Shown piece by piece: positions 37,725 through 46,807 of a stretch of 64,000 nucleotides of DNA. The stretch's first letter is position 1, and each line of letters opens with the position of its first letter. This DNA comes from Actinomycetota bacterium (GTDB lineage: Bacteria; Actinomycetota; Acidimicrobiia; IMCC26256; VFJJ01), in contig VFJJ01000045.1 in assembly GCA_009886115.1 (NCBI GenBank), positions 2,224-66,223 of the forward strand. The letters are read 5' to 3'. Made by a program: the position numbers and the translations under genes. The notes beneath the pieces are model-generated. The model did not search any database and had not been told where the DNA came from. It worked only from the letters and a program-made list of their open reading frames with translations.

Positions 37725-39731
37725 TTACCGGTCCGTAACCTCGGGCTCCAGGCGTTCGTCGGTGGCGGTCGGGTGCTCGATGGGTCGGGTGCTGTCGAGA
37801 TGGGCGCCGCGCACCCGTCGAGTCAGGGCCGGGGGAGCGCCCATCGGCGGGTTCGACCCGCTGGCGCCGACCTCGACCCGGTCGCTCGCGTCGCTGGATT
37901 CGTGCCCTCCACCGTGATCGACCCGCGCTTGGGCGGTCAGGTCGATCTCCGGACCCAGCTTGTCGAGATCGACGACCTCGGGCTCGGCCTCGACGGTCGA
38001 CGAGACGATGGCAGCGGGGGCGACCTCGACCACCGCTCTCCTCCTCTGCTGCTCGCTCGCGGCGTCGCTCGCGGCGTCGCTCGACGGGTCGCTCGTCTCG
38101 AGACGGGGCCGCAGGATGCCCGGGGGCAGCACCACGCGAACGGTCGTCCCGGTCGCCGTTGGCAGATAGCCGACCACGATGGCATGACGGGTGGCGAGCA
38201 CGCCGACGATGTCGAGGCCCATCGTGCGCGAGCCCGTGTACCCGAATGCCGGGCCTTCCGAGACCCGACGCGTCGCACTGGCGAGCTGCTCGTCGACCAG
38301 ACCCATTCCCTGGTCGACGATCGTGATCTCGTAGCCGGAGCCGATGCGCCGTCCGGCGACGGTCACCGTTGTCTCGGGCGCCGAGAAGGCCAGCGCGTTG
38401 TCGACGAGCTCGCACAGGAGCTGCACGACGTCGATCGCCGGGCCGCTGTGCACGTGGTCGCCGTCCATCTCGCCGATCGCCAGCCGGCTCGGGGAACCGA
38501 GATCGTCGCGAACCCAGGCCGCGACCTCCTGCAACGGGAGGTGGCCGCGGTAGACGTGAGCTGCCTCAGATCGGGCCCCCGCCAGGGCGAGGAGACCGTC
38601 GGCGCCCCGGCGGAGCGTGAGCATCGCCGTCTCGGTGCGGTCGAGATGCTCGAGATGGGCACCCTGGGTACCGCTGGCACCCTGCTGGGACGTGAGGTTC
38701 GCGGCGCGACCATGCGCAGCCTTCAACTGGCCGACGAGCACCAGGGCGTGGTTGGCCAGGGCTCGGTTGCGTTGCCCGAGTCGGGTGAAGATCTGTTCGA
38801 TCTGGCGCAGCAGGCGACGCTCGTCGAAGGCCACCGAGACGGCGGTCCGCTGCAGCCGGTCGAACGAGCGGGCCAGCTCCACGATCTCGCGGGGATGGTC
38901 GACGACGACCGAGGACAGCGGTGTGACCTCGGCCTCGCCTCGGGAGCGATGCAGCTCCTCGACGATCAAGGGGAGCTCGATCTGGGCGGTGTGTCGAGCG
39001 GCTGCGACCACCTGCTCGAGCGGGCGGGCGATCGATCGGACCAGCGCGATCGCCAGCCACCAGGTGCCAAGGGCGATCACAGCCAGGATTCCGACGATCA
39101 GTAGCGCCCGATCGCGCAGCACCGAGCGGGTGCCCTCGCGATCGGTGGCGTCGAGCGCCTCGACGTCGTCGGCCAGACGGGTGAGCGAGGATTCCTGAGC
39201 GGCGACCAGGGGTTCGAGGCGCTCACTGATGATTCGGAGCGTCTGGTCGAGATCGAGCGCGTCGAGTGCCGGGTAGAGCTCGCCCCGGACGACGGCGTGG
39301 TACTGCTGCACCCAGGCCGACACCTCGAGAGCGAGCGACCCACGAACACCGTCGGGGCTCTCGAGCCCTTCGAGCCCATCGCCGACCAGGGTGGCCTGGC
39401 GCTCGAGGGCGGCGGCCTCGAGCTCGTCGACCCGGGCACGGAGACGGACCCGCTCGCTCGCCGCCTCCTCAGTGGAGAGGTTGCCGATCGCGACCGAGGA
39501 GAGCAGCGACCCCATCGCCAGTACCGCGGCGTGGGTCTCCGAGAGCGCCAGGGGTCGGGACTCGACATCGAGGAGGACGGTTCGGTATCGGTCGAGCTCG
39601 AGATCGAGAGCTCCACCGATGCGGGCCCGATCGAGATCGCGAGAAAGCAGGGCGCCGCCGAGCACGGCCGCGATGACCGGGACGGCCATGGCTGCGGCCA
39701 GCTTCGAACGGATCCGGATCCGGCGCTTCAC
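37725..39731 (-). CDS. membrane sensor-like histidine kinase (HAMP + HATPase_c; CvnA-like architecture) with a long acidic, low-complexity C-terminal tail
   Basis: TM-sensor-TM-HAMP layout ([30 protein letters not shown]), then LEHLDR....[13 protein letters not shown] and the ATPase block [13 protein letters not shown]...[10 protein letters not shown] chose the GTG at 39731 ([15 protein letters not shown]...), but the start is uncertain. Confidence 0.7.
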   Translation of the reverse strand: MKRRIRIRSKLAAAMAVPVIAAVLGGALLSRDLDRARIGGALDLELDRYRTVLLDVESRPLALSETHAAVLAMGSLLSSVAIGNLSTEEAASERVRLRARVDELEAAALERQATLVGDGLEGLESPDGVRGSLALEVSAWVQQYHAVVRGELYPALDALDLDQTLRIISERLEPLVAAQESSLTRLADDVEALDATDREGTRSVLRDRALLIVGILAVIALGTWWLAIALVRSIARPLEQVVAAARHTAQIELPLIVEELHRSRGEAEVTPLSSVVVDHPREIVELARSFDRLQRTAVSVAFDERRLLRQIEQIFTRLGQRNRALANHALVLVGQLKAAHGRAANLTSQQGASGTQGAHLEHLDRTETAMLTLRRGADGLLALAGARSEAAHVYRGHLPLQEVAAWVRDDLGSPSRLAIGEMDGDHVHSGPAIDVVQLLCELVDNALAFSAPETTVTVAGRRIGSGYEITIVDQGMGLVDEQLASATRRVSEGPAFGYTGSRTMGLDIVGVLATRHAIVVGYLPTATGTTVRVVLPPGILRPRLETSDPSSDAASDAASEQQRRRAVVEVAPAAIVSSTVEAEPEVVDLDKLGPEIDLTAQARVDHGGGHESSDASDRVEVGASGSNPPMGAPPALTRRVRGAHLDSTRPIEHPTATDERLEPEVTDR

Positions 39732-39978
39732 TCGGCGTGTGCACCCTCGATTGACGGTCGGACCCTCCGCCGTGGCTCCAACGAGCGCCAGCATCGGGAG
39801 GGCCCGACCGTATCCCAGCCACTCCCCGAGAACTCCGCGGGGCCGATGCTCATTGTGGGCACATGGACGCTCTGGGCGATTCTCCGTGGAAGCCCGGCGT
39901 TGCCGCGAACGCTCACGGCCGATCGGTAGAGTGACGCCTCCGGCGCAGGGCACGGCCGCCGCCAGTTGGAGGGCACAC

Positions 39979-40989
39979 ATGAAGCTCGGACTCGTCCTCG
40001 GTTATTGGCCAGCGCAGCCGCCGTCCGACCCCATCCCCCTCGTGCAGGAGGCCGAGCGGCTCGGGTTCGACTCGGTGTGGACGGCCGAGTCGTGGGGCTC
40101 CGACGCGTTCTCGCCGTTGTGCTGGATCGGCGCGCACACCAAGACGATCAAACTCGGGACGGCGGTCACCCAGATGGCCGCCCGCACACCAACAGCCACC
40201 GCGATGCACGCGCTGACGATCGACCACCTCTCAGGTGGACGGTTCATCCTGGGGCTCGGGCTGTCGGGTCCGCAGGTGGTCGAGGGGTGGTACGGCCGGC
40301 CCTATCTCAAGCCCTTGGGACGGACCCGCGAGTACGTCGAGATCATCCGCGCGGTTCTCGAGCGCGAGGGTCCGCTCGAGTACGAGGGTCAGTACTACCA
40401 GCATCCTTACCGGGGTCCCGATGCATGGGGGCTGGGGAAGTCGCTCAAGGTGATGACCCACCCTTTACGGTCCGATATTCCGATCTACCTCGGAGCCGAG
40501 GGTCCCAAGAACGTGCGCCTGACCGCCGAGATCGCCGATGGCTGGCTGCCGTTGTATTACAGCCCGTATCGCCAGAACGTGTATGCGCCCGATCTGGTCG
40601 GGGCCAAGCCCGGCTTCGAGATCGCGGCGCTGTGCAACTTCACGATCACCGACGACGTGGAGGCCGGCTTGTGGCCCATGAAGGCGACGCTGGGGTTCTA
40701 CATCGGGGGAATGGGCGCCAAGGACGCCAACTTCCACACCAACCTCATGGCCCGTATGGGCTACGCGGAGGAAGCCAACAAGATCCAGGAGCTGTTCTTC
40801 GCCGGCAAGCGCGACGAGGCGATCGCGGCCGTTCCCACCGATTTCGCCGACGAGATCTCACTCGTGGGCCCGGTGTCGCGGATCAAGGAGCGGCTCGAGG
40901 CGTGGCGCTCGACCCCGGTCACGACCATGCTCGTGGCGGCACGCGACATCGACACGCTGCGCCAGATCGCCTCGCTCGTCCTCGCGTAG
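39979..40989 (+). CDS. LLM-class (probably F420-dependent) oxidoreductase
   Basis: MKLGLVLGYW...AERLGFDSVWTAESWGSDAF...IKLGTAV...FILGLGLSGPQV. A GGAGGG lies upstream of the ATG at 39979. The track ORF from 39391 is a 5' read-through. Confidence 0.85.
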   Translation: MKLGLVLGYWPAQPPSDPIPLVQEAERLGFDSVWTAESWGSDAFSPLCWIGAHTKTIKLGTAVTQMAARTPTATAMHALTIDHLSGGRFILGLGLSGPQVVEGWYGRPYLKPLGRTREYVEIIRAVLEREGPLEYEGQYYQHPYRGPDAWGLGKSLKVMTHPLRSDIPIYLGAEGPKNVRLTAEIADGWLPLYYSPYRQNVYAPDLVGAKPGFEIAALCNFTITDDVEAGLWPMKATLGFYIGGMGAKDANFHTNLMARMGYAEEANKIQELFFAGKRDEAIAAVPTDFADEISLVGPVSRIKERLEAWRSTPVTTMLVAARDIDTLRQIASLVLA

Positions 40990-41009
40990 GTGCGAGGTCC
41001 CGACGTTGC

Positions 41010-41978
41010 TCAACCCGCCGAGGGCGACAAGCCGCGCACGGCTTCGGCCTGGTCGACATCGCCGATCGGGATGATCATGAGTGACGTCGTGGTGACCCCG
41101 TTGTCGAAGTAACGAGCGATGTGGGCACGGCACTGCGCCATCGTGCCGTGCACGAAGAGCTCGTCGACGAGCTCGTCGGGGATCTGCTCGACCGCTCCGG
41201 CCCGGTCTCCGTTGTTCCATCGCTCCCACACGGGCGCGAGCATCTCGCCCCGTCCGAGCCATTCGTGGAACTTGGCGTAGACCGGGACGGTGAGGTACGA
41301 CGCCATCATCCGCTTGGCCGCGGGACGAACGACGGCTGCGTCGGCACTCGGGCACACGAAGATCCGTGCGACGATCTCCTTGCCAGGACCGCCTTCGTGC
41401 ACGAACGGGGCGACGGTGGCGACATCGGTGGCCGAGAGCCAGTTCAAGATCGCGCCGTCGGACTCCTTGCCCGCGAGACGCAGCATGCCTTGGCGCAGGG
41501 CAGCGATCATGATCTTCGGGGGTTGCTCGGGCACCAGGCCCAGCCGGAACCCGTTCACCGAGAAGGTCTCGTAGTCGCGGGTGACCTTGGCCCCGGTCAT
41601 CGCCTCCTTGAGGAAGCGCGTCATGTCGCGAACGCGCTGATAGGGCTTGACGAACGGGATGCCGTTCCACCGTTCGACGATGACGTTCGACGATGCGCCG
41701 ATGCCGAGGGTGAACCTTCCGGGAGCGAGGTCGGCGAGGGTGGCGACCTGGTTGGCGAGAGCAGTCGGGGCGCGTGTGTACGCGGGGACGATGGCGGTTC
41801 CCAGTCTGAGCGTGGGCGCCCACGTCGACGCCAGGACCAAGGGGGAGAACGCATCCCAGCCGTCGATCTCGGACGACCACACGTCGGTGTAGCCCACAGC
41901 GGCGAGCTCCTGGATCAACGAGGCCTGGTCGCCCAACGGCACGCCGCGCAGCGGTACGGTCATTCCCGGGAAGGTCAT
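41010..41978 (-). CDS. LLM-class (probably F420-dependent) oxidoreductase
   Basis: VGYTDVWSSEIDGWDAF...LRLGTAIVPAYTR...FTLGIGASS. Confidence 0.85.
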   Translation of the reverse strand: MTFPGMTVPLRGVPLGDQASLIQELAAVGYTDVWSSEIDGWDAFSPLVLASTWAPTLRLGTAIVPAYTRAPTALANQVATLADLAPGRFTLGIGASSNVIVERWNGIPFVKPYQRVRDMTRFLKEAMTGAKVTRDYETFSVNGFRLGLVPEQPPKIMIAALRQGMLRLAGKESDGAILNWLSATDVATVAPFVHEGGPGKEIVARIFVCPSADAAVVRPAAKRMMASYLTVPVYAKFHEWLGRGEMLAPVWERWNNGDRAGAVEQIPDELVDELFVHGTMAQCRAHIARYFDNGVTTTSLMIIPIGDVDQAEAVRGLSPSAG

Positions 41979-42017
41979 GGGCGCCGAGGTTAGGCCGCAC
42001 CCCTACGATGCGTCCCC

Positions 42018-43574
42018 ATGCCGGATCCTGAGATCGAGCCACGACGGGCCCCGAGCATCGACCCGGTCGAGCAGCTCCACGACGATCGCCGTCGGGTCCG
42101 GGAGGTCATGGGCGGAGCCGACAAGATCGCCGCGCTCCACGCCGTCGGACGGGCGACGGCCCGGGAGATGATCGCGGCCCTCGTCGACGAGGGCTCGTTC
42201 AGCGAGATCGGGACGTTCACGGGCGACCGCGACGCGACGCCCGCCGACGGAAAGATCGCCGGGTTCGGTCTGGTCGACGGGCGACCGGTCGCCATCGTGG
42301 CCGACGACGTGACCGTCAAGCGAGCGACGTCGTCGGTGGCCGGTAGTCGCAAGATCCAGCGGGTCTACGAGCAGGCCGAGCGGGCGGGGCATTCGTTCGT
42401 GTACCTCGGCGCCACGGGTGGGGCCCGCCTCCCCGACACCATGGGGGTCGACGGCTTCTGCGGCGAGCCGGTCTTCCCGTGGTTGATGAGCCGGCGGCGG
42501 GTCGTACCCGTGGTGACCGCCATCGTGGGCGACTCGTTCGGGGGATCGTCGTTCGTGGCCGGGCTCTCCGACCATGTCGTGATGACCCGGGCCGCGACGC
42601 TGGCCGTCACCTCGCCCCGGGTCGTCGAGATCGCCACGGGCGAGACGATCTCGATGGCCGAGCTGGGCGGCGCGGAGGTGCACGAGCGGGTGACCGGAAT
42701 CGTCGATGTCATTGTCGAGACCGATCTCCAAGCGGTCGCGGCCGTGCGCAGGTGGCTCTCGTTCCTGCCGGCGCACGGACGTGAGCTCCCGCCCCGTACC
42801 GTCGGCGCCGCAGCCACCGGGACGGCTCCGCTCGCCGGCGATCCTGGTCTCGGGGCCCTCGTGCCCACTCGCCGCCGACGGGCCTACGACATGCACGCGG
42901 TGGTGGCGCGCATCGTCGACGACGGAGACCTGCTGGAGACGCGACCGCTGTTCGCCCGTTCGGTGATCACCGGCCTGGGCCGGATCGACGGTCGTCCGGT
43001 CGGTGTCGCCGCCACGAACCCCATGTTTCTCGCCGGATCGCTGAGCCCCGAGGCGTGCGACAAGGTGTGCCGGCTCGTGGTGCTGTGCGACGCCTTCAAC
43101 CTCCCGCTGGTGTTCCTGCTCGACACCCCGGGCTTCCTCGTGGGCCGGCGCGTCGAGCACGAGCGGCTGCTCCCCAAGGCCATGAGCCTCATGCAGGCGT
43201 TCCAGATGGCTCGGGTTCCCCGGCTCAGCGTGGTCGTCCGCAAAGCGTTCGGGATGGCCTTCTTCGCGCTCGGCGGCCCGGGCCAGGGTGGCGATCTGCT
43301 CGTGAGCTGGCCGGGCGCCGAGATCGGGTTCATGGATCCCGAGGTCGCATCGAACGTGCTCTTCGGCGACCTGGAGCGGGCGTCGGAGCTGGGCGCGGCC
43401 CTGGCGCCCATGGCCCTGGCCGATCGGGGCTATGTCGATGAGGTCATCGACCCGTCCGAGACCAGGATGGTGCTGGCTCAGGCGTTGGCGCGCTTCGCGC
43501 CGGACGCGTCGGGACCGGGCCCGTGCGGATGGGGCGCCGACCGACCGCTCGCCGCCTGGCCCAGCGGCTGGTGA
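42018..43574 (+). CDS. acyl-CoA carboxylase carboxyltransferase (beta) subunit
   Basis: Two crotonase-like carboxyltransferase halves: TAREMIAALVDEGSF.E, GFGLVDGRPVAIVADDVTV, and PLVFLLDTPGFLVG. Confidence 0.85.
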   Translation: MPDPEIEPRRAPSIDPVEQLHDDRRRVREVMGGADKIAALHAVGRATAREMIAALVDEGSFSEIGTFTGDRDATPADGKIAGFGLVDGRPVAIVADDVTVKRATSSVAGSRKIQRVYEQAERAGHSFVYLGATGGARLPDTMGVDGFCGEPVFPWLMSRRRVVPVVTAIVGDSFGGSSFVAGLSDHVVMTRAATLAVTSPRVVEIATGETISMAELGGAEVHERVTGIVDVIVETDLQAVAAVRRWLSFLPAHGRELPPRTVGAAATGTAPLAGDPGLGALVPTRRRRAYDMHAVVARIVDDGDLLETRPLFARSVITGLGRIDGRPVGVAATNPMFLAGSLSPEACDKVCRLVVLCDAFNLPLVFLLDTPGFLVGRRVEHERLLPKAMSLMQAFQMARVPRLSVVVRKAFGMAFFALGGPGQGGDLLVSWPGAEIGFMDPEVASNVLFGDLERASELGAALAPMALADRGYVDEVIDPSETRMVLAQALARFAPDASGPGPCGWGADRPLAAWPSGW

Positions 43575-43576
43575 GC

Positions 43577-43627
43577 CAACCCTCCCGAACTCCCGAACCC
43601 TCCCGAACCCTCCCGAACCCTCCCGAA
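43577..43627. repeat. 10-nt tandem repeat CCTCCCGAAC, about 5 units
   Basis: Read directly, immediately after the TGA at 43572-43574. Confidence 0.9.
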
Positions 43628-43630
43628 ATT

Positions 43631-43667
43631 TGTGCAGAAATCGTCGCCTGGCGACGATTTCTGCACA
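43631..43667. terminator. perfect palindrome with 18-nt arms and a 1-nt centre; candidate bidirectional terminator between convergent genes
   Basis: TGTGCAGAAATCGTCGCC T GGCGACGATTTCTGCACA, read directly. It is locally AT-richer than its surroundings. No clear U-tract is present on the + strand; the - strand has AAUUU after the stem. Confidence 0.5.
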
Positions 43668-43677
43668 CAGAACGGCT

Positions 43678-43714
43678 GGGTGAGGCGGTGGGGTGAGGCG
43701 GTGGGGTCAGGTGG
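43678..43714. repeat. 13-nt tandem repeat GGGTGAGGCGGTG, 2 copies plus a partial
   Basis: Read directly. The partial third unit contains the stop codon of the DoxX gene (43707-43709, minus strand). Confidence 0.85.
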
Positions 43715-44237
43715 CTGGCTTCTTCTCGGGACGCCAGAAAGCCGCCAGGAGCAGACCGGCCCCGCCGATCCCGCCGATCGCGGTGACGGCGAACCAGCCC
43801 AGGCCCGAGAGCTCCCACCCGGCTGCGTGGTCGAGCGACCACTCGCCGCCGCCCGTCGCCCCGAGCGCCAGGCACACCATGGAGATGAAGCCCACGTACT
43901 CCCAGCCCTGCCCCGGCCGGAAGATGAAGAAGCCGTTGGTGCGATGTGCCGTCATGAACGCCACGACCATCACGCCGAGCACCCCGGCCGCGGCGAGCGG
44001 GGTGAGCAGGCCGAGGCAGAGCATGGCGCCGGCGCCGAACTCGGTGAGCGATGCGGTCCAGGCATGGACGATCCCGGGCTTCATGCCCATGCTCGCGAAC
44101 CACCCGGCGGTGCCCTGGATCTTGCCGCCCCGGAAGACGTGGTTGTACCCGTGGGCGATGATCATGAGACCGGTGGCCAGGCGCAGGATCAGCAACCCGA
44201 GATTCAGTCCGTCGATGTCCACGAAACGCTCCCCCAC
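43707..44237 (-). CDS. DoxX-family membrane protein
   Basis: Four hydrophobic helices and LLILRLATGLMIIAHGYNH, the typical DoxX start. Confidence 0.8.
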   Translation of the reverse strand: MGERFVDIDGLNLGLLILRLATGLMIIAHGYNHVFRGGKIQGTAGWFASMGMKPGIVHAWTASLTEFGAGAMLCLGLLTPLAAAGVLGVMVVAFMTAHRTNGFFIFRPGQGWEYVGFISMVCLALGATGGGEWSLDHAAGWELSGLGWFAVTAIGGIGGAGLLLAAFWRPEKKPAT

Positions 44238-44396
44238 TGCTCTTGGGTACTCCCGGTACCCCCGCGATCGTGGGAGTCTACGGTGGTCGCCGGCGAGGTT
44301 CCCGGTGCGACCCGATCGCGACGAGGCGGGTCATTCGCCGGATTCAGGCAGAAATCGACCCCTCAATTGTCAGCACCGGCGGTCGATACCTTCATC

Positions 44397-45098
44397 ATGG
44401 AAGCGCGGGAATCCTGGTCGGGCAACGACGGCGTCAGGTCGGCGTTACCTCGTTTCAACGAGGGCGATGTCTTGCTGGTCGACGCGCCCTCCCGTCGACT
44501 CGGTGCGCGCACGTGTCGGGCGGTCATCGAGTCGGTCGAGGGCGACACGGTGAGGATCGTGATCGGCGGCCATCTGGCCACCCGCGCGGCTTCGGGCCTG
44601 GTTCCGTGCATGCGAGTCTGGACCGCGTTCCAGCACGACAGCGGCGTGTTCACGTTCGCGGCCACGATCGTCACCCGCCTGAGCGATGCCCCCCTGCGGT
44701 TCGTGGTGCGGATCCCGAGCGACGCCGGTCAACTCGACGAGCGCCGTCAAGCGAGACGGACGGTGCGTCTGCCGGTGACGCTGTTCGTCCCGGGCGACGA
44801 CGGCTTCGAGCTGCACCGAACGGTCACCGACGACATCGGCGGCGGCGGATTCTCGTGCGCACGGATCACGACCGTCACCGTCGGTGACGAGATCGGCGTC
44901 TCGGTCGAGCTTCCCGAAGGACCGCTCGACGCGATGGCCCGCGTGGTGAGCGTTCGGCACTGGGACCTCCCCGACCCCGAGCCCCGGGCCCACTTCGAGT
45001 TCATCGATCTCCCTGAGGTCCATACCGAGCGGGTCAGGCGTGTGGTCGTGATACCGGGGGGCGCCGAGCCTGCAGGGCACGGCACCGTCCAGCACTGA
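44397..45098 (+). CDS. PilZ domain protein (YcgR-like two-domain layout)
   Basis: The c-di-GMP-binding-like motifs are RRQARRTVR (RxxxR) and DDIGGGGFS, a variant of D.S..G. Start at ATG 44397 inside track ORF 43632..45098. Confidence 0.65.
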   Translation: MEARESWSGNDGVRSALPRFNEGDVLLVDAPSRRLGARTCRAVIESVEGDTVRIVIGGHLATRAASGLVPCMRVWTAFQHDSGVFTFAATIVTRLSDAPLRFVVRIPSDAGQLDERRQARRTVRLPVTLFVPGDDGFELHRTVTDDIGGGGFSCARITTVTVGDEIGVSVELPEGPLDAMARVVSVRHWDLPDPEPRAHFEFIDLPEVHTERVRRVVVIPGGAEPAGHGTVQH

Positions 45099-45171
45099 CG
45101 GATCTCCGGGTCGACGGCGGCAATTGGGCCCGATGGGGTGCCGGCGCCGGCGGATACACTGACGCCCGCAT

Positions 45172-45264
45172 GGAGGGATGACCGAGTCGCCGAAGGTGAT
45201 CGCCTGCTAAGCGATTGTGGGCCCTCAAAGTCCACCGAGGGTTCAAATCCCTCTCCCTCCGCCA
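45172..45264 (+). tRNA. tRNA-Ser (anticodon GCU), long variable arm, encoded CCA
   Basis: Acceptor GGAGGGA/TCCCTCC, anticodon stem ATCGC/GCGAT with loop CTGCTAA, T-arm GAGGG-TTCAAAT-CCCTC, discriminator G and then CCA. Folded by eye. Confidence 0.9.
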
Positions 45265-45265
45265 C

Positions 45266-45293
45266 CGAAGGCCCGCCGCGAGGCGGGCCTTCG
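45266..45293 (+). terminator. 12-bp GC-rich hairpin directly after tRNA-Ser
   Basis: CGAAGGCCCGCC GCGA GGCGGGCCTTCG followed by TCGTC. Confidence 0.6.
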
Positions 45294-45310
45294 TCGTCTC
45301 TGGCCCGTCG

Positions 45311-46129
45311 TCACGACAGCGCGATCGGATCGGTGGTGGGCTGGTCGGAGCCTCCCGGAGGCTCGATCGTGACCGCGTAGGTACCGGCGGGATCGGTGAC
45401 CTCGAACTCGCTGATCCCGGGTGACGCGCCCAGCACGTCGAGCGAGATGGGCTCCGAACCGCTGCTGCCGTCGCCATTGCCACCTCCATCGGCGGGCGGG
45501 ATCCGCCAGAGCTGGTACGTCCCGTCGGCGAGTCGGGGCAGATCGTCGCTCACCACGTACCCGTGACCCTCGGCCCGCACGACGATCCGCATCGCGACGG
45601 CGCCGTCGGGGCCAGCGAGCGCGAGCTGACGGGCGTCGGGGTCGAGCATCGCGGCGATGGCCTCCTCGGCGAGCTCCTGTGACGCGCTGATCTCGCCCAC
45701 GCGATCGTCGAGGCGGATCTCGGTCACGGCGAACCCGATGGCCACAGCCGCCACGATCGAGGCGGCGATCCCGGCGGTCTTCCATGTGATCAGGGCACGG
45801 CGCCCGTCTCCCGGGTGGGTTCGCACCCAGCGCCGGGTCGTGCCGTCGAGGTGACGAGGCGGGCGCCTGAACTCGAGGACCGGTGCGCTCGCCGTGTCGG
45901 GAGGAGTCTCGATGGACGTGGCGATCCGCTCCCACAGCCCCTCAGGGGCGGCGGTCCCGGTCGAGGCCATCAAGGCCGCGACCTCGCGGTACTCCTCGAC
46001 CTCGGCCCGGGCCCGGGGGCTCTCCCGCAGATACGACTCGATGCGCAGGACCTCGTCGGCGTCGACGGCGTCGAGCGCGTAGGCGCCGAGGAGCTCGTCG
46101 AGCTCGTGGGTGTCGGGGCTCCAGGTCAT
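45311..46129 (-). CDS. anti-sigma factor (RskA-like, single-pass membrane)
   Basis: N-terminal anti-sigma helix pattern LLGAYALDAVDADEVLRIESYL....A..E...YRE, a central TM (AGIAASIVAAVAIGFAV) and an extracytoplasmic RskA-like domain. It is coupled to the sigma gene by an ATGA overlap. Confidence 0.8.
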   Translation of the reverse strand: MTWSPDTHELDELLGAYALDAVDADEVLRIESYLRESPRARAEVEEYREVAALMASTGTAAPEGLWERIATSIETPPDTASAPVLEFRRPPRHLDGTTRRWVRTHPGDGRRALITWKTAGIAASIVAAVAIGFAVTEIRLDDRVGEISASQELAEEAIAAMLDPDARQLALAGPDGAVAMRIVVRAEGHGYVVSDDLPRLADGTYQLWRIPPADGGGNGDGSSGSEPISLDVLGASPGISEFEVTDPAGTYAVTIEPPGGSDQPTTDPIALS

Positions 46130-46701
46130 GCCGGCACCGCGCCTGCCTCGACGAGCGCCTCGCGCAAACGGCGCATTCCCAGACGGATACGGCTCTTGAC
46201 CGTGCCCTCGGGTTGGCCGAGGATCGCCGCCACGTCCCGATAGGTGTGCCCCCCGAAGTACGCCAGCTCGATGGCCTGGCGCTCGCCGTCGCTCAAACCC
46301 GCGAGTGCCGCCCGCACCTGTTCGGCGAGCGCGAGGTCCCAGATCTCCTGCTCGAGGTCGTAACCAGCTTCAGCAGCTTGGCGGGTGGCCCTCTCCTCCC
46401 TGAGGCGTCGTGAGCTCTCGGAACGGATCATGTCGACGGCCCGTCCGTGGGTCTGGGCGAGCAGGAACGACCGCAGCTGGCCCCGCTCGGGATCGAAACG
46501 CTCGGGATGGCTCCACAGCCTGACGAAGACCTCTTGCACGACATCTTCGGCCATGGTCCTCTCCCGCAGAACCCGGACGGCGAGTGACATCACCGCACCG
46601 GCGTGACGCCGGTACACCTCGGCCAACGCTTCCTGGTGCCACCGCCCGATCGCCACCACGAGGGTGGCGTCGCTCGCCTGGTGCCAGTCGTCCCGGGTCA
46701 T
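46126..46701 (-). CDS. ECF-type RNA polymerase sigma factor (SigK-like)
   Basis: Region 2 is YRRHAGAVMSLAVRVL....AEDVVQEVFVRLW. Region 4 is YFGGHTYRDVAAILGQPEGTVKSRIRLGMRRLR. Confidence 0.88.
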   Translation of the reverse strand: MTRDDWHQASDATLVVAIGRWHQEALAEVYRRHAGAVMSLAVRVLRERTMAEDVVQEVFVRLWSHPERFDPERGQLRSFLLAQTHGRAVDMIRSESSRRLREERATRQAAEAGYDLEQEIWDLALAEQVRAALAGLSDGERQAIELAYFGGHTYRDVAAILGQPEGTVKSRIRLGMRRLREALVEAGAVPA

Positions 46702-46807
46702 CGACGACTGTTCGGAGCCGAGGACCCCAGCGGATGACCGGACTCCTGGGTATGGCCCATGGAGTGGACGGATTGTCGGCCCGCCGGCCCGCGGGGCTGC
46801 GCGATGG

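Noticed and set aside
37720-39225. Several Arg-rich ORFs (37720..38415, 18137..19225, 46698..48212 and similar)
   Set aside because: Extreme Arg/Pro content, overlap with better-supported genes and no motifs. I treat them as frame artefacts.
43478-43690. Two small ORFs on opposite strands, both starting MQKSSPGDDFCT
   Set aside because: The identical peptides are a trivial consequence of the perfect palindrome at 43631-43667. They are not genes.
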